Positions 47,337 through 60,805 of a stretch of 64,000 nucleotides of DNA are shown here, one piece after another. The stretch spans positions 92,194,001-92,258,000 of the forward strand of contig CM097886.1 of assembly GCA_044892525.1 (NCBI GenBank), written 5' to 3'. The position numbers were made by a program, and so were the translations under genes. How positions within the stretch are numbered: position 1 is the stretch's first letter; every line of letters starts with the position of its first letter. The notes beneath the pieces were generated by a model. It was not told the DNA's origin. It worked only from the letters and a program-made list of their open reading frames with translations, and did no database searches. This stretch comes from Schmidtea polychroa (lineage: Eukaryota).

Positions 47337-50300
47337 AAACGAATGTTTGATTGGCGCTTTCAAATAATTGTTTGAAATTTAATTAATGGTGATACCAAGA
47401 AATCATCACTTTATACTTACAAACCTAATATTTATAATAATAATAAATAAATAAAAAAAATATTATAATAAATAAAATTAATTTTCGACTACCCATAATA
47501 ATTTGTAAGCATAGTGTCATATAAAAAAGAGAAACCTTTATTTTCAATCAATTATGGATAATATTATATTCAAACAATTAAATTAACAGATTTGCCTCAC
47601 AAAGAAAAATAAAGTTTTCTTAAAAACATTAAATAATGAAAATTTTACGATTTAACTTTAGTAAGTAAATCCCAAAATAGATTAATTTTATTAATTGCAA
47701 ACATTTTAAGAGAAAAACGTTCATAAAAGTCTATTAAAATACCGATTCGTTTGCTTAAACTTGATTTAATCAAGCAAATATTAATGAGATTTTATGTAAT
47801 TTTATTCTATAATAAGACAGAGCAATTAATATCAAAGTGAGACAATCTTATAGAAATTAATCATAGGAGAAAAACATGAATTAATTTTGATTTTCTATTA
47901 TATTAACATTTTTTATGTAAACAATAAAAGGTTTTGAGTATCCTTTAATAAATTATTTGATATAATTTACCAAATATATCTCAAACATAATAGAATAGCC
48001 TCAAAAATATTCAATTAATTGGATTTATTTGTCAGAAGCCAAGGCCGATTTATATCAAAATAATCACGAAAAAGGTTAGATTTTTTTTAATACGATTTTT
48101 AAACAATAATTGACCTTATGGATTTACATTTACCAATAAAATAAAAATATATAACTTACTAAAGCTAAAATATTTTATTTACATAGTCAATAGAATTATA
48201 TTTTACAAAAATGTTTTACATTATTATTTGTTATTTCATTTGGAACTATCATTTATAAAAAGCTTATAATTGTTAGGATCGATCTAGTGTAACTAAAAAT
48301 GCTGATTTATCTGACTCCAAAGATAAACCTTTTGGCGTGTAGGTATTATAAATAATAAAATATGAATTAAATAAGACAACGCTTGTTCTCCATCTAAAAA
48401 ATATTTGTTTATGCACAATATAGAAATGTTAAATAGATAACCCGAAAATGTCACTACTATAAAAAACAGAAATCGGATAGGAAAAAATCTCACAAGCTGG
48501 GCCTAATCGTCTCATAGCGCTGAACTAACAAGATTGGATCAAGATGGAGGCAGAGTCCCATAGTTTGCACAATCGAGTAGAACCAGGTTGTTCTACCGAT
48601 ACCTAATAAATTCCCTTCTTAAAGTTTAATTCCAGCAGGTAATTCAAACCGAAATGTTGATACATGTGGTCGGGTGTGTTATCTTTATATAAAAAATAAA
48701 TAAATAGATAAAATAACCTTAATATCTATTGTTTACAAAATTTTTCTTTGAAATTCTCAATAAATACTAATTTTTCCTTTTCGAGAAATACTTTTTATAA
48801 TTCTCACAATCGACTGCCGGTGGAAATTAAATTCTTAATACTTACCACAGCTGTTAGTATTTTCACAGTTTATTGACTGATAATAAAGTCACCGATGGAG
48901 AATTAATTTCTGTAATGCCTTTAAATCGATATTGATTTAAGCTTGACGATTTTATTTCTACCTCTGATGACTATTTCACCTTTTATAATTTATAATAAAT
49001 ATTTATTATAATTTTCATAATTAATATGTACCATAAATATATATTCCATTTTATAAATTACTAGATTTAGTATATAATTTATATATAGTAAAATATTTAT
49101 ACTATTTATATAACGTTTCTATTTTTAGTAATTATATATTTATATATGGTATTTATTGTTTATTTATAGTAATTATCATCTATTTTTATCATTCTATCAA
49201 CCCAAACCCCAACATAATTTCAAATTCCTTTTATTTCATAATATCTACATTTAAAATTTTTTTTAATGTTTTATTCACAATTAGTCATGAGGTTTGAGAT
49301 AGTTACGCATTATATGACTTCACCCTACCTTTTAAAAATATTAATTAATTCTATATTTTGGACATATAATGTTATTTTTTTATATTTCGTGACTAGCGAT
49401 AAAAATTTCCAAATTTTTCATTAGAAGTTATTTAAATTTCCTCACTGTTATCTTATCTTACCAGTGATATTTCGTCTATTTTTCATATTAGAATTAAAAC
49501 AAATTATTATTAGCAAATATCACTAATTTGGGTAACTTATTTATTTTCATATACTCGATGTCGCATTTGAAGTGATTTTGAGAAATAATATTTCGACACT
49601 AATGATAAATTTACCAAAATAATTAAAAATTATATTATAATATAATATATTGTGTCATATTTAATTTTTTGTAGGTTTAATTAATTATAAAATGAAGAAA
49701 GAACTTCATTAAAACGTTTATCAATTGGAAAAATAAAATTCACAAATGCAATTTTTTGAGAATTCGTAAACAATTGCAAATGATGAGTGCAAATTAAATA
49801 AAAATATTCAAAAAGCAAATTTAAGTGCAAAAATTAATTAAAACTTGGAAATATCGAAAATCCATGAAAAGGTGAGCGAATAGCAAACAAAAGTTAATTA
49901 CCACTACGATAACTTCAAATAATCTGAATACCAATGCAGTTGCAACATTATTAAATAATTAATTAATTAATCAAAATTTTGTTGACGACATTTAAAATTT
50001 ATTGAATTATCTGATAAATAATTATCTATAAATAATGTCGCAACATGTCGTGTTGTTGATGAGTAAAAAGTAAAATGATGAAAATAAAACTTAATTAAGT
50101 TGGGTCTTGTTGTTATATATAAAGGCTCATGGAATCAGAGTCTGATTATTTCACTACCAAAATTATTATAAGTCTATATTTTAAAAATCTATATTCAGTG
50201 GCGAATATTCAATGAATACAGAATATGGCACCGTGTACACTCAATGAAAAATTGAAAATATTTACTTTCTCATTGACTTTTCATTTTTAAATTTATAGCA

Positions 50301-50591
50301 ATTTTTATTGTTGCTTATGAATATAATTTTTCTTAAAGCAAATGTAAAAAGGCAGCCAGTTCACTGACTAACAGTAGAGAATTTGTGCTAATTTTATTCT
50401 ACATAGGTGTTTTAATTTGCGCAACTATGAAGATGCTAGTCACAGTAAAACCAATAAGAGTAGAACGTATAGTTTAACGTTTTAACACTAATGCATTCGT
50501 GCATATTTTATACTAACACGCAAATGAATGTGTGCTGTACATCCAAACTCATCTATTATAAGAAGTCAAAGCTGAAACTATACTTCTGTTC

Positions 50592-50687
50592 TGTAATTGC
50601 ATAATTAAATTTGTTGTAATATGCAGATTTTGTGATAAAAATCGAATTTAAAAAACGTTGTGATTTCCTTGTGTCAATAAAACTACA
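50592..50687 (+). repeat. 5' LTR (96 bp)
   Basis: TGTAATTGCATAATT...AATAAAACTACA. Confidence 0.92.
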
Positions 50688-50771
50688 AGCTATCGCCGCC
50701 ATATCATGGAGAAGGTGACGTTCAACAGTGGATTCAGAAAGTGAAGCTAGTGGCAACAATTCAAAAAAATC

Positions 50772-51357
50772 GTGGAATCAATAATTCCTTTATATCTAGA
50801 TGGACCAGCTTTTGCAGTATATCAGCATTTGAGCGCTGAAGACAAAGACAACGCATTGAAGATCGAACATGCCTTAATCGATGTCTATTCGATAGATATG
50901 TTCCAAGCATATGACCGATTCCGTGAAAGAAAGTGGTGCAATGAGCCAGTAGATGTCTATTTGAATGATCTCAAAAACTTAGCATCTCTGGCCAAGATAG
51001 ATAACGAGATTATAATTAAAAGCGCATTCATAATGGGTTTGCCAGCAGTGTCGTCACAACAGTTACGATCCAATGCCAATATTCAGCAGATGTCTCTTGT
51101 TGAGGTCTTGAAACAGTCTCGTGTCTTAGTAAACTGTGACAATATGGAACTGTGTTCGTGGAAAAACAAAACAAGAAAAAAATGCTCGTATTGCGGAAAG
51201 AATGGCCATCTAGAAGAACATTGTTTCAAGAAACAAGGAAGGAAGTGTTGGCTATGTGCAGAAGAGGGCCACATTGCATAGGAGTGTGCCAGGAATTCAG
51301 AGTCGGAAAATGCCAAAGTAGTAACGCGTGCGCCAGCGTCTACTCTAGCACGAATAT
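50772..51357 (+). pseudogene. gag: gag with two CCHC knuckles, interrupted by a stop
   Basis: CSYCGKNGHLEEHC and CWLCAEEGHIA*EC. Confidence 0.8.
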
Positions 51358-51359
51358 AA

Positions 51360-54066
51360 TGGCGCTGCAGTTTATTTCAGTCATAATCAATGGGGAGTCC
51401 GTGAAAGCATTGATCGACTCGGGGTGTTCCAAATCAGTTGTGTCAGCCAGAATTGCGAAGAAACGATTTATACGGAATGGGAGTATCAAGACTGCGGATG
51501 GATCACTAGTCAAGTGTATGCGTGATGTGAAAGTTCAGCTGATTGTTGGTGGTAGTTTATTGAATGTTAATTGTGTTTCGTTGATGAAACTACCACTTAA
51601 TGTTGAAATGATTTTAGGAATGGACGTAATAGAGATGCTGGGAGGTCTTAAAATTGACAAGACCAATGTATCTTTTCCAGGTATTGCAAACGTATCGTGC
51701 GTGTCTGAGAATCAGTTAAATGAGAATTTGCGAATTGAAGATGGTGAATTTTCGGCAGCATTCAGTGACGGCAAGTGGACCGTGAAGTGGAAATGGAAAG
51801 CAGAACCAGCTGTACTATTGAATAGAATTTCAAATTATAAAAAATTGATCGAGGGCTGCAGCACAAGTTTGACATGGAGGTTGACAAGAAGGATGGCTAA
51901 TTCCAACGAAAGACGTCGTGTATGGAAAAATTCCGTTATTGGCAGTAGAGCAAGCAAACAAAGGAAAAGTTCGTCCAGTAATGGATTTTCGAGAACTAAA
52001 TAAATATGTTAGTAGCCATACTGGACAAAGTGATGTATGTGGCGAATCATTAAGGCGATGGCGAATGATGGGCGAACAGGTTATTTTAATTGATCTTAAA
52101 AATGCTTATCTTCAGATACATGTTGATGAATACCCATGGGAGCACCAAAGGGTTAGTTACAAAGGGAACGGATACTTTCTAACGAGACTCGGTTTTGGTT
52201 TAAATGTGGCTCCGAAAATAATATCAACAATATTACGGAATGTATTGAGTTTAAGAGAAGATATCAGAAAAGCAACGGATAGTTATATTGATGACATTAT
52301 TGTCAACCAGTCAAAAATAAACGTCAATGAAGTAATAAGCCATTTAGGAGCATACGGGCTAATTACTAAGCCACTGGAAGAGTATGATGATGCACGAGTG
52401 CTAAGTCTCTAGCTTCAAACAAGTATTAACGGTCGTACGTGGCATCGTGGAAACATTCTGCCACACAGTGCGTTTACAACTATGTCAAGAAGGGAGTTAT
52501 TTTCCCTCTACGGTCAACTCGTTTGGCACTATCCCGTTGCTAGATGGTTAAGAGTAGCAAGTAGCTATATAAAACGACAAAGTGCTGGAAATAAGTGGGA
52601 TGATACGATTGGAAAAATCGCGTTAAAATGGTTAACTAAATGATGTCTCATGTGAAAGAGAGCGATCCCGTGACTGGTGAGTGGCACGTAAACAAGGACG
52701 GATCTACACATGTCTGGTGCGATGCGAGCAATCTGGCATTAGGAGTTGTATTAGAAATATCAGGAAAAATTGTCGAAGATTCATCATGGATGAGGAAGAA
52801 AAACGATTTTGCTCATATAAACCTTGCACAGTTAGACGCTGTGATAAAGGTAATTAACTTAGCCATCAGCTGGGAAAGAAGCAACTTAGTTGTAGTAACA
52901 GATTCCGCTACCGTCAGAAGTTGAATAGATTCAGTTTTAACGGATACTGCCAGAATCCGAACTCATGGAATTACTGAGATGCTAGTCCAAAGACGTCTGC
53001 AGATCATTTGTGAATTACGAAAAAGCTATGACTTAACGATCTCGGTTGAGTTTGTCCCGACAGATAAAAACAAAGCAGATGCACTCACAAGAGTCAGTAA
53101 TAAATGTCTAACATGGGTTAAATCGTGTGTCGAACAAACTGCAAGCACCGTTGCTGTTGTGAGCCAAGTGTTACGAGAAAGTCATAGACAGCACCATTTC
53201 GGTGCCAAGAAGACGTTGTATTTTGCAAAGCAACTTTGCCCAGACGTTACACTTGAGGATGTAAAGGCTATAATTAGTGAATGTTCAGAATGTCAATCTA
53301 TCGATCCGGCGCCCGTAAAATGGGAGCATGGAGAGTTAAACGTTAAGGATACGCGAAAGAGACTGGCTATGGATGTTACACACTATCTAAGTAAGCTTTA
53401 TTTAACTATGATTGATTGTGACGAGGTTCCCCTGATGAGCTATTGATTGATAATGCGACATCATTTCGGTCCACACAAATGAAAGTACTGTGTCGCAAAT
53501 GGGGTGTGAAATGTGGGTTTCGATGTGCTTATCGGCCATCAGGAAACGGCATAACAAAACGAAACCATCGTACAATTAAACTCAAGGCAGCAAAAACCAA
53601 CAAGGGAATATTGGAAATGGTATATTGGTATAACCTAGCACCCAATGACAAGTGCGGAACGCCGCCGTCTTCATCCGTGTTTTTATATTGCTGGAAAGGA
53701 GTTGGAGGTTGTTATACAGAAGAGAAGACACAGGACACGTCGTTCCAAGTTGGCGATGCAGTTTACGTTAAACCACCAAACGCGAAGTGCACATCGACAT
53801 GGGGTGAAGGTATTGTAACGAAGGTAAATTCATCGACTAATTTCGACATCAACGGGATTCCGCGACACTATTCCGACATACGACCGGCTGTCAACGAATT
53901 GTCAGTGGAGAACAATGACGATGATGGATTAACAGACGTAGATAATCCTATACTCAACTCACTGCGCCGAGATGAACGTAGAGGCAGGACGAAAAGACCT
54001 CGATATCTTGATGATTTTGAAACCAGTTTTATCGAGAACGAAGATGAAAATCACGCGGAGATGTAA
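51360..54066 (+). pseudogene. pol: pol (PR, RT, RH, IN) broken by several stops and frameshifts
   Basis: ALIDSGCS, IDLKNAYLQI, YIDDII, WCDAS, HRQHH...CSEC, DNATSF; the last ORF ends 5 nt inside the 3' LTR. Confidence 0.88.
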
Positions 54067-54156
54067 TTGCATAATTAAATTTGTTTTAATATGCAGATTT
54101 TGTGATAAAAAGAGAATTTAAAAACGCTGTGATTTCCTTGTGTCAATAAAACTGCA
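54062..54156 (+). repeat. 3' LTR (95 bp)
   Basis: Direct repeat of 50592-50687 followed by TGTTC. Confidence 0.92.
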
Positions 54157-55269
54157 TGTTCTATAATATTTATTTATAATTTACTGTATTTAACTTATTT
54201 TGTATTGTATACTTTTTAAAAATATATAATGTTTTGTGCAAATAGATGATTCCCTTCCCGGAATATCTCCATCACGTTATGGCAATAAATACCTTTCATA
54301 ATTTGACAGCAAACATAAGTATAAAACTCACACTACGCCACTGTCTATATTTTAAATATTTAACATCGGTTTTTATAAATTAAACGAATAAAAATGTTAA
54401 AATTAATTTTCAATATTATATATTACAGTACTTTTTTAATTTTTAATTTTTCTAATTAATGATAAAAATTTTTATTAATTTTTGATTTTATTTCAAATAA
54501 TAAATTTAATAATATTTATAACAAAATATATTAATAATTTTATTTTTATTAAAATAAAATGAATAAAATAACTAATTTTTCATTGTAAAATATCTCATCT
54601 AAATATTATAATTATTTTTATTTTAATTTTATGAGCCAAGAAGACAGACTAGCAATAGTTATAAATTAGATAAAATTTCAATAAAAAATCAACCGGAAAA
54701 TTTTATAAAAATTAAATAAAATTCCATCTTCAAAAGAAATTAAAACGCAATTCACGACAGGAAACTCATTGTACTATACTAGCAAAGAGGTTATAGTAGA
54801 AATTCCTTATTTGTAANNNNNNNNNNNNNNNNNNNNNNNNNNNNNNNNNNNNNNNNNNNNNNNNNNNNNNNNNNNNNNNNNNNNNNNNNNNNNNNNNNNN
54901 NNNNNNNNNNNNNNNNNNNNNNNNNNNNNNNNNNNNNNNNNNNNNNNNNNNNNNNNNNNNNNNNNNNNNNNNNNNNNNNNNNNNNNNNNNNNNNNNNNNN
55001 NNCTATATTAATCTAAATTGCACTTTTTCAAACAAACTAATTCATTAATTTTTTAATTATATTTTGCTAAAAAATTATAAAATTCTGTTTTCTCAATTCA
55101 TAATTTTAAAACTTTCAAAACGTATAAAAGTCAAAATCAAACAACATCCAATAAATTTTTCACAAAATTTTGTTTACTAATATTAATCAATTCATTCAGT
55201 CAATAATGATCAAGAACTATCAATGATTGAATTGACTATGTGAGATATAAATTGTGAAGTTGGCTTACT

Positions 55270-55680
55270 TCAGTTCTTGATTAGATTGTATTCAGATCTT
55301 GTTTATGAATATATATGCCATGGGTGCAATGCCACATACATTGGAATGACTGCCCGTCATCTCCATTCTCAAGTTCTTGAAAACTGTCGATTGACGGAAT
55401 TGATTTATATCAGCAAACACAATTTTATGTTTAAGTTTATATTTTTGTATTTTGAGTGTTATACAGTTTGTGTAAAGACTTTACACAAGAAGTTGTGTAT
55501 TCAATGTTGTAAAGTGGTTTCTAATTCCTGTTTTTTTAACTTCGTCTTTATTAGTGGATTTCAAGTCCTACTTAGATTGTGTTCGGATCTAGGATATAAA
55601 TATTTATGTGATGGGTGTAAGACCACATGTATTGGAAGGACTGCCCATCATCTCCGTTCTCAATTTCTTGGTCACTATAT
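55270..55680 (+). mobile_element. Two tandem fragments of PLE family A GIY-YIG N-terminal half
   Basis: RLYSDLVYEYICHGCNATYIGMTARHL and RLCSDLGYKYLCDGCKTTCIGRTAHHL in one open frame (track 55277-55855). Confidence 0.75.
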
Positions 55681-57958
55681 ACTAGGGATCTGCATGAACT
55701 CGAGCCGAAGATTCAAGCCGAACATCAAAAACATCGATGTATTTACTGATTTAAAGTCAAGTCTTTTAAGAAATACAATGTCAATGGAAAATAAATCAGT
55801 AGGGAAATTGGAAAAGAAAAGTTCTTATAATAATAAAATTAATACAATTTCTTAATTATCGTACTTTTAATTATAATTGATTATCATCATCCTGTTCACC
55901 AAAACGATTATTAAATAATTCATTATTTTTAAACATTTTTTCAATTAAAAATATGAATCGTTAAAAAAAATTGTTACTAAATGGAAAAACACCAATTGCC
56001 TATTTAAACTTTACAAACCTTTACAAAGTTTTCAAGCCTCGATAAACCTGAAATTTTAACCCAAAACATAAATATTACTAATTTAATGCAAACCCTATTA
56101 AAGAAATATAAAAATAAATATAAAAAAATAATGATAATATAATTGAAACACGAATTTCAAGAATTAAAACAAAATATGATTGGTAAAATGAGCATACTTA
56201 CATCGAATTTCACAAGATGTTTCTGAAATGAAAGAAAAATCAACATGCAGACTTGAAAGTAAATAAAATATTGTATTCCAGAAAAATTTGATATGATAAA
56301 ATATTTTGATTGGATTTTAATTACAGTTTTGTTTGAATTTCTTAAGTTGTTTAAAATGAGGTAAATTTATTACATTTCAATACTGTTAGTTATATTTTCA
56401 CAATTGATCTTTTTTCGTTTTAAATCTTTTTTATCTTCATTTTTCATCAACATTTTGTTATAAAACTAAATAATATTGTTTCAAACATTGTAATGTGATC
56501 TATTTTTACTGATTTATTGGTTATATCGGGTTCACTGAGTTGTAACTACAATACATCTTATTATATGTATAAAAATAGTGACATGCAATTCAGGTGCAAT
56601 ACACGTGCATAATAATAACTTTAAAAATGTAATAAATTTTCTTATAGATAATATTTTTACCATTTAAAATACTGCATCATATATACGATTAGTAAGTTCC
56701 ATTTGTTTTAAATGTTGAAAGTAGTTCTTTATTAGATAAAAGGTGATCGATGACAAAAACCTTATTCATAAAATCACATATTTAGTAGTTTTTAAAAATT
56801 AAATTCTTTATTATTTTTTTAATTACAATAACAACCACATCAAAAGTTAAAAAAGTAAAATTTTAAATTAAAGATTTTTTTAAAAATTCGGAAAATATTA
56901 TGAAAGAATAATAGATTTCTCCATTTCATCTATTTTATATTTTTCACAAAAAATCATTTCATAAGAAGTCAAGCATGAAATGAGAATAAAATCTTTGGCT
57001 AAAGTCGAGTTTAGTTCACTGAATAATTTTTTAGATTTATTTTTAAAATTTTTTAAAGTTATTATTATTATTATTACAAATGAACAATAAATACGGTTGG
57101 AGACAGCACCCCGATTTCCGATAATTTATCCCAGTGAATGAGTTCATATTTATGAAAGGATACAAAATTCAGTATAAAGATTAATACTTTTTTTACCAAC
57201 CCCTCCTTGGTTCACGCACCGAAGGACGCTTGTCCCACAGCAATTGCAAATTTTTCATTTGTCAACAACCATGTACCATTCAAAAATTATTGAACATCTC
57301 TTGTTGAGAATTTATTATACAGATCAGTTCAAACTATATAAAAGTCATCAAATCCATTTCTGCTGGTGCCTTTGATCAAGATGTGCATTCAAAACATTCT
57401 AAATGTCTTTCATTTTTTTGGAGACTTTATTTTTTTCATACTTCAGTTTGCATTCTTAATATTTCCAAAAAATAACTCTAAATACATTTGCACATTTAGG
57501 AGTTTGCACTTTTATGGTCAAATATCCAGGTGTAAACTTCACCGTAGACAAATTTTATTAGATTTGCTTGCTAATTTTATATGATATCCTTTTACCATTT
57601 AATCGTTATTTTTACTATCATTTTTGCTTCTTAATAAAACAAAGTTTATTAATTCAAAATATAAACTAATTTATTGTAATTATTGAAAATTAAGAAAAAC
57701 CTCTTTTACCTGCGTGTTTCTAAATAATTATAATAAGCATAAAGTGATGATTTTTTAGTAGCAGCATTAATTAAATATTAAACCTTAAATGTTAAGCCTT
57801 AATTAATAATAATAATAATAAAGTAATAATTGTGATAATAGTAATTTTAATAATAATTTTAATGGTGACTCAATTGAGTTCAATAGTGATTTTATTAACA
57901 AAAAATTTTAACAATAAATTTTAAACATTAACAAAACCTTTTATAATAATATGATATA

Positions 57959-58061
57959 TCTATATTATAAGAATGAAAGTTTGTCTGTTTGTTTGTCGTT
58001 CCGATCAGCAATTTACCATATAAATAATAATTTATTATATACTACTTACAGTTAAAACTAG
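57959..58061 (+). mobile_element. Miniature Helitron-like element
   Basis: A|TCTATATTATAAGAATGAAAGTTTGTCTGTTTGTTTG 5' end and CTAG|T at 58058-58062; no clear 3' hairpin. Confidence 0.5.
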
Positions 58062-58203
58062 TATAAATTAGTCAAACGTTTTCAATGCAGAATTCAAACA
58101 TGAATAATTTAAATTTTATTTAATTAATGAACCGGTTTGCAATAGGAAAAAAAACCCCCAGGGGTTATAAACAAATAGAACCGGTTCAATTTGGTCTCCC
58201 TTC

Positions 58204-58336
58204 GTCTACATCGCATTTCATCATGCAGTTATAAGTCACATTATGAATACCATCACTTATGTCTCTTCCGGCTAAATTAATTCTACAAATAGCATGAATT
58301 TGGATCATTAGAGTCCAGAACGATACACGAGATGCG
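58204..58336 (-). pseudogene. Actin-like relic made of three non-contiguous motifs
   Basis: RISCIVLDSND / IHAICRINLAGRDISD / GIHNVTYNCMMKCDVD versus actin RTTGIVLDSGD / PHAILRLDLAGRDLTD / GIHETTYNSIMKCDVD. Confidence 0.7.
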
Positions 58337-58897
58337 AAGAAATTTAAATACAAAAATCTTAAATCATTAAAAGTCTTTAATGAAAGTAGAAAAATTGTAT
58401 CAAGTAAAAATAATTCTAGAAGAAATTCACTCTAGATGACAATAAATTTATTAAAGATGAAGTGAGATAAACTAAATTTCCACCGTAATAGTTCAAAGTA
58501 AAAATATTCCTAGAGAAAAAAGTATCGTTTCTTTTTCCATTGAAAGTCGTGAAAAAATTCAATTATTGTAAATAACATTGAAAAAAGATCAACTGAAACA
58601 ATTTCAAATAAAATGGATATATGCGAATAATATGCGAATAGCATAGCACTTTTAATTAATTTATTTTAATATTAAATTTTTAAATTAATATCTTGAAATT
58701 AAAAATAAATAATTTGAAAAAAATCTTTATTTAGAATTATGTTAATTACAATTATGATAAATTTTAATTAAAATTACTTTATACGCCTAACTCTCTTTCT
58801 TGTCCATGGTACTTTTGTTTTTATATTTTTTTATAAATTCTTATAAGTTCACTTTTTGATTGACATTTATTAAAATTAATTTAAAATATTTAATTAA

Positions 58898-59449
58898 CCA
58901 CTTGCCGGGCGATTTTTTTTCATGTTTTCGGCCAAAAAAAACTATTTTTTTAAATCATTAATTAATAGTATATAATCAAAATATAACGTAAATATATTTT
59001 TTTTAATTTTCGAGTTTGTATTCACTAATTATTAATTATTGTTATTATATATCAAAGTGCACACACACACACAAACAAACAAAAAAACAGTTTGAAAAAC
59101 ACGAAATTTCCGACGAACGAAGTGAAACAATTCAAAAACGATGCAGTCTCGCGCGTGGTTATTGGACAACTGATATTTTAGAAAATATGAAAAAAATACG
59201 AACCTGGAATTCATGTGTGTATAGCCGAAAATTCACATGTGTTTATAAAAAAATGACCTAAGAAATGGCAGTTTAGAACATAAATATCGTAAAATAATGT
59301 GGTTCGAAATATCGCTCATATGTTAGTTCACGCCCGGGATCAGATTTCTTATTCAAAGGACAATATTTTTTCTATATGAGTTTGCGCTCACATGTGAGCG
59401 CTCGCCCGAAATGGTACACATTTGCACATTTTTTGCACCCGGCAAGTGG
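58898..59449. mobile_element. piggyBac MITE (552 bp)
   Basis: TTAA-CCACTTGCCGGG...CCCGGCAAGTGG-TTAA. Confidence 0.9.
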
Positions 59450-60805
59450 TTAATATAATTCTGACCAACTTTAAAAATTAATTTAATTTTTTTTAAATTA
59501 ATAGTTTTCTTAATTGAAAAAATTTACCGATTTTTTACTGAATTTATCGAGCCAGAACTAACTCAGTCAATACAAAATCAAGTTGAATTTTCTAGACAAT
59601 TGAGAATCTTAAAACGCACTCTAACATGTACGTATTGTCATTTGATGATGCAGCAATCTGAATACTCAAATTCTATTGCATTGTGGGTGAAAATTTTAAT
59701 TCTGATTCTGAAAAGGTTATTAATTTAATAAATAGGTATTATTAAATTATTATATTATATTCGTGTCATAAAGTTGTGATTTTGTAAATTTTATTATAAA
59801 TTAAAAGTAAACATTGTCAGTCTAAGTAAAATTCATATTATGATGGTTTTTCTGACGAAAATGTGTAATTTTATTTTTTTAATTTATTCGAGAAAATATT
59901 GTAATTCTATTTTTTGAATGTAATTTTTTTGATTTTCAGGTAACATTGAAATAAAAATATAATGTATTAAGTTAAAATAAAAATAAAAGTTCTAATTTAA
60001 TATAATATATAGGAGATTTATAAAGGGTTTTCTTGTTATTTACTTGTTAAAAATTTAATTTATGTTACTACCAAGAACTCCCGACTTAATAAGTATTATT
60101 ATATTATTTAACCTTTTACTGTCTCCTTCATGTTACGTAAGAAATTGTTACAGAATAAATGGTCATATGTAGATACTTAAATAATTAAGTAGGATGGTAA
60201 TCACCATTACCCAATTTTCAAAAACCTTAGAAAACCAAAACTTAATTTAAAATATAAATAAGGCTCAAACCTCATTCAAATGTACATTCATTTTTTCAGT
60301 TTCTTAAACTAGCCTTATTTTTTACAATATTCTATTCAAAAATTACAAACATTTAATTCTATTAAAAAATTTAAATCAATTTAAAATAAATGCAAATAAA
60401 GACCTTCTTTGGAGTTATTACCTATTTTATATAATTAATTTTTTTCTTATTTTCAAAATGAAATTTCTTGTCAGATTGAAGCATTTCCTCACTAAGTAAA
60501 TGAAATACAACATGAAATATATTTCCCACTATTAATTAATTAAGAGATTTGTAAAATCTCTAAATTTTTGATTAAAATGAACTTTTTATTCTTNNNNNNN
60601 NNNNNNNNNNNNNNNNNNNNNNNNNNNNNNNNNNNNNNNNNNNNNNNNNNNNNNNNNNNNNNNNNNNNNNNNNNNNNNNNNNNNNNNNNNNNNNNNNNNN
60701 NNNNNNNNNNNNNNNNNNNNNNNNNNNNNNNNNNNNNNNNNNNNNNNNNNNNNNATATACACAATTAAAAAAAAACACAATTATAAAATTAAAAAAACAA
60801 CTATT

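Larger units (their letters stand above)
50592..54156 (+). mobile_element. Decayed Ty3/Gypsy LTR retrotransposon with very short LTRs
   Basis: LTRs 50592-50687 and 54062-54156 (TG...CA; 5 substitutions and 1 indel by eye), TSD TGTTC (50587-50591, 54157-54161). Confidence 0.93.
16457..60754. other. Seven assembly gaps (N runs) at about 16457-16633, 21715-21974, 23727-23924, 29602-29744, 40420-40638, 54817-55002, 60594-60754
   Basis: Directly visible; the X-rich ORFs in the track are artefacts of these. Confidence 0.95.

Noticed and set aside
48500-48680. GC-richer patch with possible Tc1 DN.P.H / PP.S traces
   Set aside because: No convincing contiguous motif or TIR.
57190-57400. Open GC-richer frame and a reverse HLDQRHQQKWI trace
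   Set aside because: Could be a transposase relic but not assignable.
16358-60780. ORFs made largely of X (16358, 16431, 21637, 21704, 23676, 23704, 23711, 29570, 29584, 40362-40673, 60540-60780)
   Set aside because: Artefacts of N gaps.
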